Assembly: GCA_951406725.2 (NCBI GenBank)
Contig: OX597820.1
Coordinates: 78,120,001 to 78,184,000, forward strand
Source: Octopus vulgaris
Taxonomy: Eukaryota
DNA: 64,000 bases
Direction: 5' to 3'
A program made the translations under genes and the position numbers. Numbering within the stretch: position 1 is the stretch's first letter; each line of letters begins with the position of its first letter. The notes beneath the pieces were generated by a model, which worked only from the letters and a program-made list of their open reading frames with translations, was not told the DNA's origin and made no database searches. Positions 28,278 to 40,893 of the stretch are shown one piece after another.

Positions 28278-28680
28278 ATTCTTTTATTCTTTTACTTGTT
28301 TCAGTTCTTTAACTGAGGCCATGCTGGAGCACCGCCTTACGTCGATCAAATGAACTACAAGACTTGTTTTCTGTAAGCCTAGTACTTATTCTATCTTTTT
28401 CTTTTGTCGAACCGCTAAGTTACGGGGGTGTGAACACACCAACATCGGTTGTCAAGCAATGGTGGGGGGACAAACACACGCAAACACATACATATTATTT
28501 ATATATATATATATATACACGACGAGCTTCTTTCAGTTTCCATCTAACAAATCTATTCACGTGGATTTCGTCAGCCTGCAGCTATAGTAGAGGACACTTC
28601 AACAAGGTACCACGTAATGGGACTGAATCCGGAACTCTGTAGTTGGGAAGCAAGCTTTTTACCACACAGCCTGCGCCTAT
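28278..28680 (-). mobile_element. SINE family B, full length
   Basis: Reverse complement of 25458-25872. Confidence 0.88.
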
Positions 28681-28683
28681 GTG

Positions 28684-28759
<76 letters not shown>

Positions 28760-28798
28760 CATATACATGTATGTATGTATAATGTGTGTGTATGTGTG

Positions 28799-28853
<55 letters not shown>

Positions 28854-29124
28854 GTATACATTTAATAAAAATACATATTTAATGCTTGTGTGTGTCTGTG
28901 GCTGTGTACCATCTCATACACATTGTGTAAAGGAACGAGTTAGTAGCAGATTGTTGATTGCAGATTCGTGTGTGGTCATGTTTTTATAACACGCCTTGTA
29001 TCTCCAGGCAATCCTAGAGGAGGAAGTCTTCATATGAAACCTGCTTATAAAGGAACGGGCTACTAGTAGCTCATTCCTTTATACTCTTTACATTCACTGA
29101 TATTTATGCCTCACGCAAAGCATC

Positions 29125-29337
29125 GTGCTGGCAGAAACGTTAGCGCGCCAAACGAAATGCTTAGAGGTATTTCGTCTGTCCTAACGTTCTGAGTTCATAT
29201 TGCGCCGTGGTCGACTTTGTCTTTAATCCTTTCGGGGTCGAAAGGATGTAATTAAGTAGCTGTTGCGTACTGGAGTCCATCAATCGACTGCCCTCCCCTC
29301 AATAAATTTCGGGCGTTGTGCCTAGAATAGAAAAGGA
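29125..29337 (+). mobile_element. SINE family A with the alternative 3' tail
   Basis: gctggcagaaacgttagcgcgcc...ttctgagttcatattgcgccgtggtcgactttgtc...; ends in aaatttcgggcgttgtgcctagaatagaaaag. Confidence 0.8.
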
Positions 29338-29398
29338 TATTTATCTCTCATTGAATGGAGTACTTCCATGTTAATCTCATATTAACGCAGTAGTAAAC

Positions 29399-29429
<31 letters not shown>

Positions 29430-29439
29430 TGTGTGTGTG

Positions 29440-29640
29440 TATATCTTTCTGTTTATGTTTATCCCTCACACAATCGACATTTGATTGTTTATGTCCCCGT
29501 AAGAAAATAGTTCAGAAAACCAGGCTGAAATAATAAGTACTACATTGGAAAATAAGCACGGGGGACTATATGTTCAACAAATCTCTTCAGGGTGGTGATC
29601 CAGCATGGCCACAGACCAATGACTAACACAAGTAAAGGAC
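29440..29640 (+). mobile_element. Degenerate 3' half of SINE family B
   Basis: tgtttatgtccccgtaa...aataagtacta...ccagcatggccacagaccaatgacta. Confidence 0.6.
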
Positions 29641-30048
29641 AAACATATGCCAAACAAAACAAAGTTAAAGATAACACAATGTGATCCTCAAACCATTCAG
29701 TTATATGGCTGTGTGTTTTCTTCCTCAGAGATTCCATGTGTATTGCTAGCGTATAATTTCGTTATTCTCGGTCTTAAATTAACTCATTCAATTTTATTGT
29801 GATTCTATTATCTGCTTTAAAGCTCTTGGATTATGTGCATTTCTTCAATTCCGTGGTGTTATTGAAAGCCAATAATTACATCAGCATTATATAAATATAT
29901 TTTATTTACAATTAAATCATTTAAAATGTTTATAAGTAATTAAGTTTCTATTCATAAAGAGTTTGAATGGTGATTACATAAATAGAAATAATTGTAAGTA
30001 ATGTTTAATGATGAAATTATATTCGTGTCGTTAAACCAGATGACGCCA

Positions 30049-30097
<49 letters not shown>

Positions 30098-30166
30098 TAC
30101 ATAAATATAAGTGTGTATATATATATATATATATATTTAATATACAATTATTCACAATTGTAGTAT

Positions 30167-30258
30167 CCTGCGCCGATGAGAGAAGAAGTCTGGGTAAAGT
30201 AGAATTTTCTAATTCTTATGCTATCCTAAAACTTGATCTCGAAACGTACGTCCGTAGG
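30167..30258 (+). ncRNA. Type I hammerhead ribozyme (U4C core variant), copy 1
   Basis: Stem I cctgcg/cgtagg; core CCGATGA; stem II gaga/tctc closing a long hairpin; GAAA; palindromic stem III cgtacg; GTC cleavage triplet ending at 30252. Confidence 0.75.
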
Positions 30259-30755
30259 TAACTTAAAATTGCATGATGGATTGCCGTCATTTCATTCTTT
30301 CTTTCTTACCTGTCTGTGTTTGCCTTTTAAGTGCTGTGTTTTTACTGAGATCCCCCTTTTAGTAGAAGGAATAGCTATATCTCTTTGACTGCTATTTCTA
30401 AATTCGGTGTGTTGGTGAGGCAATTCGTTGCTAAACCCTTAATTACTTAGTATTACTTAAATTTTCCCCGAATGGGGCTTTTACATACCGAAATCTACTT
30501 GGTGTAATTGATAATTATCCCTAATTAATTAATTTCACCCTTTTATTATTACTGATAACCATATTTTATCCCAGTGAATGACCACAGCATTTTGTCTTGG
30601 CTACACGCGGGTGGAAGGGGGCTGGTGACACAAACTTTCTTTCAAACTTTGAATTTCGTGGTACTGGTCATGTTTTGGCTCGCTCTGACACTGAGTTGAG
30701 ATGACGCATTCTAGTATCTCAAAATTTAATATACAATTATTCACAATTGTAGTAT

Positions 30756-30847
30756 CCTGCGCCGATGGGAGAAGAAGTCTGGGTAAAGTAGAATTTTCTA
30801 ATTCTTATGCTATCCTAAAACTTGATCTCGAAACGTACGTCCGTAGG
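30756..30847 (+). ncRNA. Type I hammerhead ribozyme, copy 2 (additional A9G change)
   Basis: Same as copy 1 but the core reads CCGATGG; predicted cleavage after 30841. Confidence 0.6.
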
Positions 30848-31039
30848 TAACTTAAAATTGCCTGATGGATTGCCGTCATTTCATTCTTTCTTTCTTACCT
30901 GTCTGTGTTTGCCTTTTAAGTGCTGTGTTTTTACTGAGATCCCCCTTTTAGTAGAAGGAATAGCTATATCTCTTTGACTGCTATTTCTAAATTCGGTGTG
31001 TTGGTGAGGCAATTCGTTGCTAAACCCTTAATTACTTTG

Positions 31040-31088
<49 letters not shown>

Positions 31089-31191
31089 GCACACATATGC
31101 AGTGGCGTCATTCGGTTTAATGACAAGAATATATTTTACATAAACACTCACGCACACACGCACACACTCACATATATATAGAGATGCATAC

Positions 31192-31227
<36 letters not shown>

Positions 31228-32124
31228 TAATATATGTATGTGAGTGTGTCTGTTTGTACACAAATACTTAATTATTTATACACGTATACATACACACAAC
31301 CTAACGAGTACGTGGCCTGATGTGCGTGTGCACTCATAGTCAGATAAATAATGAGAAAACTAAATAGACAGACGGAGAGCAAGAGGGAGACAGAGAGACA
31401 GAGAGAGACAGAGACAGACAGACAGGCAGAATGATAATAAAGTTTGTAAAGTGGTTGATAGGAAGGTAAATAAGTTCATTTTTACTGCTGTTAGATCTTG
31501 CAATCAGTTATATTCAAAATACTTCAGAAAAGAATTTAATTTAAATATTTAATGTGCCTCTAGTTTTCTGATAAACATCGTTTATCAAACATTGTTGGCT
31601 TAACAAAGACAGCCATAAAGATTGACCAAATACCACGTGGCTATCAAGATCCATTAATCTAGCTTGTTAGTATTCCAATTATTTGATGTAATAAAATTCT
31701 CTTTTATCTTCGATTTCATTAGCGAAGACTTTATAAGAATATGTTAATGAATCGCTTTGTTGAAATAACGATGGGCGACATAGATGATAGACAGCATTTT
31801 TTTTTCTTTCTCTCTGGATATTTAATAAAATAGCCATATATAAATTTTATGGTTTATTACATTTCATTTACAAATACCTGTCTTTCGCCAGCGTGGGATT
31901 GTCGTAACATGACGATACATTGACAATTCTGAATATAGAAACTAGGATCCGATTTTATTTCACCAACTGCATCTCATTTGTTTATTGTTACTATTGTTAT
32001 TGATTATAGTCAATAATTAATGGTGAAATGGTGAACTATACAAGGACAATTTCTTTCTGGTAAATACGAGTAGAGTAGTTTGGCCGATGCACAAGGATGA
32101 CACGAAAATTCGTGAAACACCCGT

Positions 32125-32232
32125 GCGGTTAAGGTGCTTGCATTGCAACTACATAGTTTACTCTTCTAAGAATCTATGTCAACTAATGCTTCTTGAGTGA
32201 ATTTGGTAGACGGAACTCCGTGGAAACCTGTC

Positions 32233-32235
<3 letters not shown>
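32125..32235 (+). mobile_element. Degenerate 5' half of SINE family B
   Basis: tgagtgaatttggtagacggaactccgtggaaacctgtcgtata matches family B just before its internal microsatellite. Confidence 0.6.
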
Positions 32236-32549
<314 letters not shown>

Positions 32550-32551
32550 TG

Positions 32552-34247
32552 TTTCTTTATTAGCCACACAGGGCTGCACACACCCGGAACAAATTACAAG
32601 GTACAGCTTTTCTTTTTGGGGAGAAAAAAGTGTGGGTAGGTTTTCGATCAAATGGGAACGTAAAACGGAAAGAAAAAGGAAGGAGTAAGAGGAAAGAAAA
32701 AAAGGTGGGGAGAAAAATCGATCAATAGGGAACGTGTATCACAGAAATGTCACGATGTAAAGTGTAAAGGGGGAAGCAGATAAGGTTTATCCGTGGAAAG
32801 AAAAGCCTACGGAAAAGACCACGGTAACCTCCGTCAATAATGTCGCATGTTAACACATTTGTTTGCAAGTAAGTAACTCTCTGTTTTAAATTTTTCCGGG
32901 TTCATAGGATTATGCTCAAAGTGGCTGCGTCATTCATACTTGCTACATTCACCCATCTTTTTTTGAAACATACGCTAGACAAAACTTGCCTCTCTACTCT
33001 CACTTTCCTTTTCAAGTGATACTTGAAGAAGTTGATGAGAGATTGACCAGAGAAGAAAGTGTTTGCCTCCAATCCTTTCAGACGCGTCAACCAGATACAT
33101 TCTTTCGACATAGCCACAAGAATGATGAAAATAGCTCTTCCTTCCCGTTTGAAGGAGGCGTGACAATATTGACGATAGACTCGGCTAATAAACCGACTCG
33201 TGACAACAGTCGTTCGACATAAGCCCACGGGTCGGAAATTGTTGGTCACTGCATGAGTGCGTGCAGAACGGTTTCGTCGCTCTGACCGCATCTCGGGCAG
33301 GTCGGCCCCGTGTTTCTCGAGCCGTGTCTGTAGAGCTTATCCCGAACGGGTAGCGCTTCTCGGTAGCACTGCCAGGCCAAGGATCTCTGGAAGTTGTCCA
33401 TGGGTCCTGGCCAGAAAGTCGTCCTGAACAGGTGGGTCAGGTATTCCTCGTCGACGTCCAGGTTCGCCCTGAGCTCGTCGTCGTATCTCCACTCCACTAA
33501 TCCCCTATAGAATGCTTTGGTTGTGTTGAATTCGCTCAAGGTCGACTCGGTATGGTATAGTTGCTTGAGAACAACGCGATACTCTCGGTGCCATTCGCCC
33601 TTCCTCAGCCTCTTTTTGATCTACGACTGCAGTTCGGTCATGGAGACGAGTTGCGGGAAAGCGTGCCTCACAAACAGCGACCACACTTTTTCACCGTCGT
33701 CTACGTAGAGCCTGATATGTCGCAGTCTCAGCACGGGTCTGCACATCATCAACCACGGCATGCCCAGTCCTCCTTTTAACGGGTGTTGACAGCAAATAGA
33801 TCGCCTGACCATGGGGACGCATCCTTTCCACTAGAAGCGGAAGAGAATGGTAGGCTCGGGACAAGGCACGATGGTCTGGCGGTAGAAGATGACGGACGCG
33901 ACGACCTTTTAGGGACTGTTTCCTCTCGGCCCATTACAGGGTGTGAGTTACCACCCTACTTGTTATCTCGTTCCAGGACCAAACCAGACAGCGAGCAACT
34001 CGACCGGACCGTCGGTCCAGTGTCCCACGACGGAGGCGCTGGTGAACGGCATGGGCTTGCTTCTCCAGGTGCCGATCCGCAAGCCCACAGATTTTTCCCG
34101 GTTGAATTTCGCTCTTCTCACCGCTTCGTAGTCTTTCAGTGTCTCGCCGACCAGCTCGATGTGCTCGTGGCTAGAAACTATGACGGTGACGTCGTCCGCG
34201 TATGCATACACGCTCATCCCTCACACCGATTCATGCGGGATGACCGC
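32552..34247 (-). mobile_element. Tx1/L1-clade LINE, 5'-truncated within RT, embedded in (GATA)n
   Basis: YAYADDVTVIV, AKFNREKS, KGGLGMP, and the zinc knuckle CPRCGQSDETVLHALMQ preceded by ALPVRDKL; GATA repeats abut both ends. Confidence 0.92.
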
Positions 34248-34282
34248 GATAGATAGATAGATAGATAGATATATAGATAGAT

Positions 34283-34341
<59 letters not shown>

Positions 34342-35803
34342 GGTATGTATGTCATTTTTCAGTTTTATTTCAAGAAATATTGCCAATAAAGAGCCGGCTT
34401 CTAACCGAGGTCCAAGACTCGTTCATTGGAAGTTCAACATCGACAACAGGGTATTTTTTTTGTTTGTATTCATGTATGTATGCATGTATGTATGTTTGTG
34501 TGTATGTATATGTGCAGATTTGTATGTTCTGCTTTATGTATGTATTCTAATGCATATAGTTGCATATCTAGACATGCTCATATATATTTGAAAAATAAGC
34601 TTCTGAAAAGTTTTACAGATTTTTACAGTTCCAATGATGAATTCGATCTCTAGTCTTCAAAATAGATTTCACCTTTATTTTTCCATTATTTTTCGTTTTA
34701 GTTTCTTAAGTAATAGCAATTCTTGTAAAGATAAGATAACTCCTGGTTTAACTCCCGAGAGCGTCTTTATTATAAATATCTTGTGTAATTGACCGAGGAA
34801 ATCCTTTCTCTCCATTTTTCTAGTTAATATATTGATATCGAAGAGACGAACGAAGAGAAAGTGAGGAAGGAGTCTAATAAAGCACATTACGGTTGTGAAA
34901 TCAAATTCTCTCCTATAAATGTACAAAAATCAATACGTGGCCTTAAATTCCTATTAGGATACACCGCGGTCAGACACGTAACTGTTTTTGTGTCACATAC
35001 CCTAATCTGGATATTGTTCTTGCTTGAAACTTCATTGTCCAATTAGCCATACCAAATCGTCAGCGTCCAAACAGCTGCGCCCAATGGTTTGATCCTAAGC
35101 AGGAATTCTTTCCCTTAAATTTCGACTGGTGCGCATGCACAGAATTACAGAAACTACATATGCTTACTGGATGCTTTATCGTTTGTATTGTGAAAGCGTA
35201 TGACTTGCTGGTTAGGAGTATTGGACTAACGATTGTAAGTTCATGAGTTGGATACCCGACGCAGCGTTGTATCCTATTAATATCGAAGAAACGAATAAAC
35301 AGAAAATTGAGGAAGGTGTCTAATATAGCACTATACATTTGTGAGAGCGAACCCTCACCTACAAGGGTACTAAAATAAATACATCTCTTTTAAATTGCCT
35401 GCTAGGGCACACCGCGTTCAGATATTTAGCCTGTTTTTTTGTGCCATATGCCCTGATTTGAACACTGTTCATGTTTTAAAATTCTTTTCAACTTATAACC
35501 GCATCATTCATCTTATTTCCATGTACACGATCCTGCATGGTGAGAAATTCTTGTTAGAATCCTTGGATCGAAGCTTCATCCGGACATACATCGGAGACTC
35601 ATTTACCTGTTTTAACCTCTAGATTGTGTGCGTAAGTCTATATCTATGTGTATGTGTATATGTGTGTGTGTGTGTGTGTGTGAGTGTAAAGACAATAAAT
35701 CCAAACTTAATAGAATATTTACTGATAAGTATCCTTACACCAATTCATTTTTTTAACTATTTAAGAAGTAGTATAATATTTGCACAATTATAACAGGCCA
35801 TAT

Positions 35804-36025
35804 CCAGGTCACTGCCTGGAATCGATTTCGGAATCTTGGGGTTAGTTGCCCGTGCTCTTAATGCCCGCAGGAATTTGGCGTGGTTAAGAGCACGGGCTAC
35901 TAACCCCATGATTCCGAGTTCGATTCCAGGCAGTAACCTGAATAATAATAATAATAATAATATTAATAATAATAATAATAATAATAATAATGATAACAAC
36001 AACAACAACCACAACATCGGAAAAA
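35804..36025 (+). mobile_element. tRNA-derived SINE family D fragment with an inverted duplication of its head
   Basis: caggtcactgcctggaatcgatttcggaatcttggggttagttgcccgtgctcttaa is the reverse complement of ttaagagcacgggctactaaccccatgattccgagttcgattccaggcagtaacctg; followed by (AAT)n and caacatcggaaaa as at 49420-50055. Confidence 0.85.
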
Positions 36026-36261
36026 AGGCCATATATAATATAAAAAATTTTATTAATGAAATATCAAAATATATGTGATCCAAACAAGGAACTCAAGCTT
36101 GTAGATATTTTAATTCCAGCTTCGCTTTTATTAAAATCTACTTTTGAGCGTTGACGATCAACATTATTTTCATATCAGGAGCTTGCACACCATCGTCTTG
36201 TCTTTTTCGTCCTCAGTTTCGTATATTTCACCTCCTCGTTCTTCACATTGAGAAATGTATT

Positions 36262-36470
36262 AAAGTTTGGTTGCAAATTTTGGCGCAAGGGCATCAATTT
36301 CAGTGGAGGGGTAAGTTGGTTACATCGACCCCCATTGTTCTGTTGGTACTTATTTTATCGACCCTGAAAGGATGATATGGAAAGTCGACGTTGGCGGAAT
36401 TTGAACTCAGAATGTGAAGACGGACGAAATGCCTCTAAGCATTTTGCCCGGCGTGCTAACGATTCCACCA
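36262..36470 (-). mobile_element. SINE family A, alternative tail
   Basis: ggcggaatttgaactcagaatgtgaagacggacgaaatgcctctaagcattttgcccggcgtgctaacgattc. Confidence 0.75.
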
Positions 36471-37459
36471 CTTTGAGAATTGTATAAATATTATTTGTAC
36501 ATCAACTTTGTTTAGAGTTAATGGAATAGAAATTATCGTGGCTTGATTCTTCCATTATTTCATCAGTTAATAAAACAAATATTCCATCTTCATCATCATC
36601 ATCATCATCATTATTATTATTATTATTATTATTATTTTTTTTATTTTTTATTATTCAGTGCTACATAAAATAAGAGAACATATTATAGCACAGTTTTTTT
36701 TTATCATATACCAAAGTCAGAGAGAACAATTTACGTATCGTATCATTTTTATTTATTTTTTACTGCAAACATAAAACAGATAAGCTTACGCTAGTTCACA
36801 TGAAATATAATTACATTTATTCAAAAATTATATACTACCGAGGTGCTTGTTCATAGTGATCATCTTACTTTTCTTTTCTCGTTCGCATTTTTTGTTTTGT
36901 TTTGTTTTTTTTGCCATATCTATGTACCAGTTATTGTATATAGAAGGCTAATCGTACTTGTTGGTAAACTAGTTTTGAGATACTTCAGTGCATGTAGTAT
37001 CGGAAATTAAAACTGAATATATAAACGCTGTTTATCTTCTTTTGTAAGTACAAACTAAACTTTCCATCATGGTCTTTCTAAACAACAGTCTTTGATGCTC
37101 TTCATACTCAGTTTATGTTTTAAATAATTTTTTGTAGAGAATCTCTGTTTGATACAAATCTCATTGATAGAAATGAACAGACATAGGATTGAAAACTTTA
37201 TCGCAGTAACAATTGTTCCCTCTGTAAAACTTGCATTAAATTACACTCACTCGAAAAGCGACCAGACAAATGCGTTCGGATACCATCCTGAGTATTACAA
37301 AAGTCAGTGTTAAACAATAAATGCAGGGACTCTTTGTACGCATTAGTCAAACCAGCATGCATTCATTCTTTTATAAGCTATTATATCATCAGTAAGTCGA
37401 GTGTGAATATGAGAGGCGCCATACCAAATGACTATATAATTGTTTCTACTGTAGACACA

Positions 37460-37850
37460 AAGCATGGAATTTTGTAGATCAGGAGGAGATCGATTACATC
37501 GAACCCCGTATTTTAGAGAACTCAAAGGATAAAAGACAAAGTTGATCTCTGTGGTGTTTGAAATAGATACCTATTTCTTTACTGCCCACAAGTGGCTACA
37601 CACAGAGGGGACAAACGAATTAAGTCGATTATATCGACCCCAGTGCATAACTGGTACTTATTTAATCGACCCCGAAAGGATGAAAGGCAAAGTTGACCTC
37701 GACGGAATTTGAACTCAGAATGTAACGGCAGACGAAATACCGCTAAGTATTTCACCCGGCGTACTAACGTTTCTGCCAGCACGCCGCCTTTGAAATAGAC
37801 ACCGCTAATCATTATTTTTATCGGCGTGCTAATGATTCTGTCCGCTCATC
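37460..37850 (-). mobile_element. Tandem cluster of SINE family A; central full copy (37570-37790) has the Tx1-like tail
   Basis: Reverse complement of 5580-5780, with partial copies on either side. Confidence 0.85.
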
Positions 37851-37859
37851 GAATTCAAT

Positions 37860-38530
37860 GACGATGTAATCCGATGTCATGAGGCATGTAAATGAACATA
37901 GAATCCCGATTTACTCAAAACATTCCTTTTTCCATCTGCAATACACAATTTAAGAAATTTGGAAAAAGAAATCTAATCTGGTATAATCCTCTGAGCAGCA
38001 TAGCTATTTCTACCAATGTTACCGGGAAAGTCATGACTTTAATTAGCCAGTATTTCAGAATTTCCAAATATTCCAATAAACATTTTGATTTTCATGAAGT
38101 TAAGATCAGCTTCCAGCACCGCGCGTTATAATAAAGACAAACAAGCATTCATGTAATTTCCACGTCATATTTTCAGCTGCAACTTCTGAAATCCTACCGC
38201 CTGTCCACTGAGACGATTGTGCCTCTCGAAAGCATTCTTCTGCTAAGACACCATCATACCGCCGGATACATTATGAGAGATTATACTGACCTGGCTGCCA
38301 ATTTTTTCGAATGATGATTTCCGCAGTACATACACTTCTTCAGATGGAGGAAGGGGAATCTTCAACTCTTCTCACTTCATCTGAAGACCCTGTGATCACA
38401 GAAACAACTCACCAAAGCCAACATCAAAACGAATGTATATGGCAGTTATCAGCTTTACCTGGAATTTAAATTTGTTAGTTCTCTCTCAATAAAAGACTAA
38501 ACATATTCCAACCATTGTCGGCATCCATTG
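37860..38530 (+). mobile_element. Decayed Penelope-like element (thumb to GIY-YIG linker region)
   Basis: KRNLIWYNPLSSIAISTNVTGKVMTLISQYF...EVKISF and SCNF*NPTACPLRRLCL resemble the Penelope-like pattern R..IWFNPP.S..V.TNIG and CNCR...CPL.G.CL. Confidence 0.65.
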
Positions 38531-38790
38531 AGAGAAAGATAGATATTTCGTTTTGCTATTGTAGGAGTTAGACTCTTTTGATGTATTCAATGTGTTAAAC
38601 ATTGATAATCCCGACATATCACCCTACTTATAGGTATATTATGCATGCAGCTTATGAAGTGATTATCGCGCACGTTTTTATACTTCTATGATCGAAGTAT
38701 AACATCACACACCATTGATTAAGTGGTATTAAAAGCCTACCTACTGAAGTATAACTCTGTGTCAACACTTTGTTGTGTGTGTGTGAGTGT

Positions 38791-38873
<83 letters not shown>

Positions 38874-39054
38874 TGCGCGCGCTCTCACGTGCGTGTATGT
38901 GAGTGCAGGCATATTCACACGCGATTTTCGTTAAATAATTATGGTGAAAATTGAGTTCCCTGCCTTGTTTACCTCATCGGAACTCAAAATATGTTGACAT
39001 TAAGTAAATAATATATACGTATGTACGTATATACCTTAGTCTTTCTGTTTCTAC

Positions 39055-39515
<461 letters not shown>

Positions 39516-39656
39516 GGCTGCCCCCTCGTTATCGAGTATGGCCATTGCACAAAGCTTAACTGTTACAAGGTCTACAATGTCTTATACATAATATATATGT
39601 ACAATGTCTTGTACATATATATATATATATATATTATATATATCCTTTAATTATTT

Positions 39657-39693
<37 letters not shown>

Positions 39694-39935
39694 TACAAAA
39701 TTAGAAAATGGAGAAACATACTTAAATCAATAAAACATCCACTATCAGATGATACCCAATCAATACTTTATTACACCATTACATATGAGTAAAGGCATTA
39801 TACAAAATATATAGTAAATATAAATAGACAAGGAAATAGAAATATAAAATATAAAATATAATATGTAATTATATCATATCTGACAGCTGTTTCGGCAGTA
39901 AGGGCAGTCATACCTCATTTAACCTATAAGCCATA

Positions 39936-39967
<32 letters not shown>

Positions 39968-39968
39968 T

Positions 39969-40353
39969 AGGCGCAATGGCCCAGTGGTTAGGGCAGCGGA
40001 CTCGCGGTCCTAGGATCGTGGTTTCGATTCCCAGACCGGGCGTTGTGAGTGTTTATTGAGCGAAAGCACCTAAAAGCTCCACGCTGCTCCGGCAGGGGAT
40101 GGTGGTGATCCCTGCTGTACTCTTTCACCACAACTTTCTCTCACTCTTACTTCTTGTTTCTGTTGTACCTGTATTTCAAAAGGCCGGCCTTGTCACTCTC
40201 TGTGTCACACTGAATATCCCCGAGAACTACGTTAAGGGTACACGTGTCTGTGGAGTGCTCAGCCACTTACACGTTAATTTCACGAGAAGGCTGTTCCGTT
40301 GATCGGATCAACCGGAACCCTCATCGTCGTAACCGACGGAGTGCTTCCATCCA
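39969..40353 (+). mobile_element. tRNA-derived SINE family C, full length
   Basis: Collinear with the reverse complement of 21392-21779. Confidence 0.92.
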
Positions 40354-40394
40354 TGTTTGAACGCCACGCATCTGCTTCCAAGTAAGTTTTATGT

Positions 40395-40425
<31 letters not shown>

Positions 40426-40599
40426 CATGACGTTTAATTCAGCTTTCCTTTAGAAGCGTTTAAAATTATTTCCTTATCTGTACCTTTTACATATATATAT
40501 ATATATATACATGTATAGGAATATATATATGTACATATACACACAAGCACATGTATACATGGAGAGGGGGCTCAGATAGAGATGGAGCTGTATGATTTT

Positions 40600-40825
40600 A
40601 TGTATGTTTCAATATGTGACCTCGTGAGTACCGCTGCCGATTTTTTTCCCCTGTCTTCCCTTCTCGGGATCTTTCCTTCTCCTATGTTTCCGACGAAGAG
40701 CTCCGCTCGAAGCGTTAGACTCTCCTTCTTCCCTTCTTTCCTGAGCGTCCAATAATACTTTATTTGTTCCACGTCCTCGCGTTGTTGTGTTTTTTTGTAT
40801 GTTTTCTTGTTTGGATTAACTTTAT
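40600..40825 (+). mobile_element. Probable Penelope-type terminal repeat with a minimal hammerhead-like motif (40686-40720)
   Basis: gttt CCGACGA a gagc tcc gctc GAAG cg tt agac; pyrimidine-rich context inside (AT)n. Confidence 0.5.
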
Positions 40826-40893
40826 ATATATGTATATATGTATGTGTATTCTTATGTGTGTTTGTGTTGTGTGTCTGTTTCTCTGTATATATA

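Larger units (their letters stand above)
30135..31037 (+). mobile_element. Non-coding 903-bp element with two 314-bp direct repeats (period 589 bp), each with a hammerhead fold; retrozyme-like or non-autonomous Penelope-like
   Basis: 30135-30448 and 30724-31037 differ at only two positions that I could find; flanked on both sides by (AT)n; no convincing ORF. Confidence 0.85.

Noticed and set aside
30135-31037. LTR retrotransposon or TRIM interpretation of the 314-bp direct repeats
   Set aside because: No TG...CA termini, primer-binding site or polypurine tract seen; the hammerhead fold and 1.5-mer layout fit a Penelope/retrozyme type better.
39860-39935. Minus-strand GAAA-cagctg-TC, the 3' half of a hammerhead
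   Set aside because: No CUGANGA 5' half is present; probably a truncated Penelope-type terminus that cannot be called.
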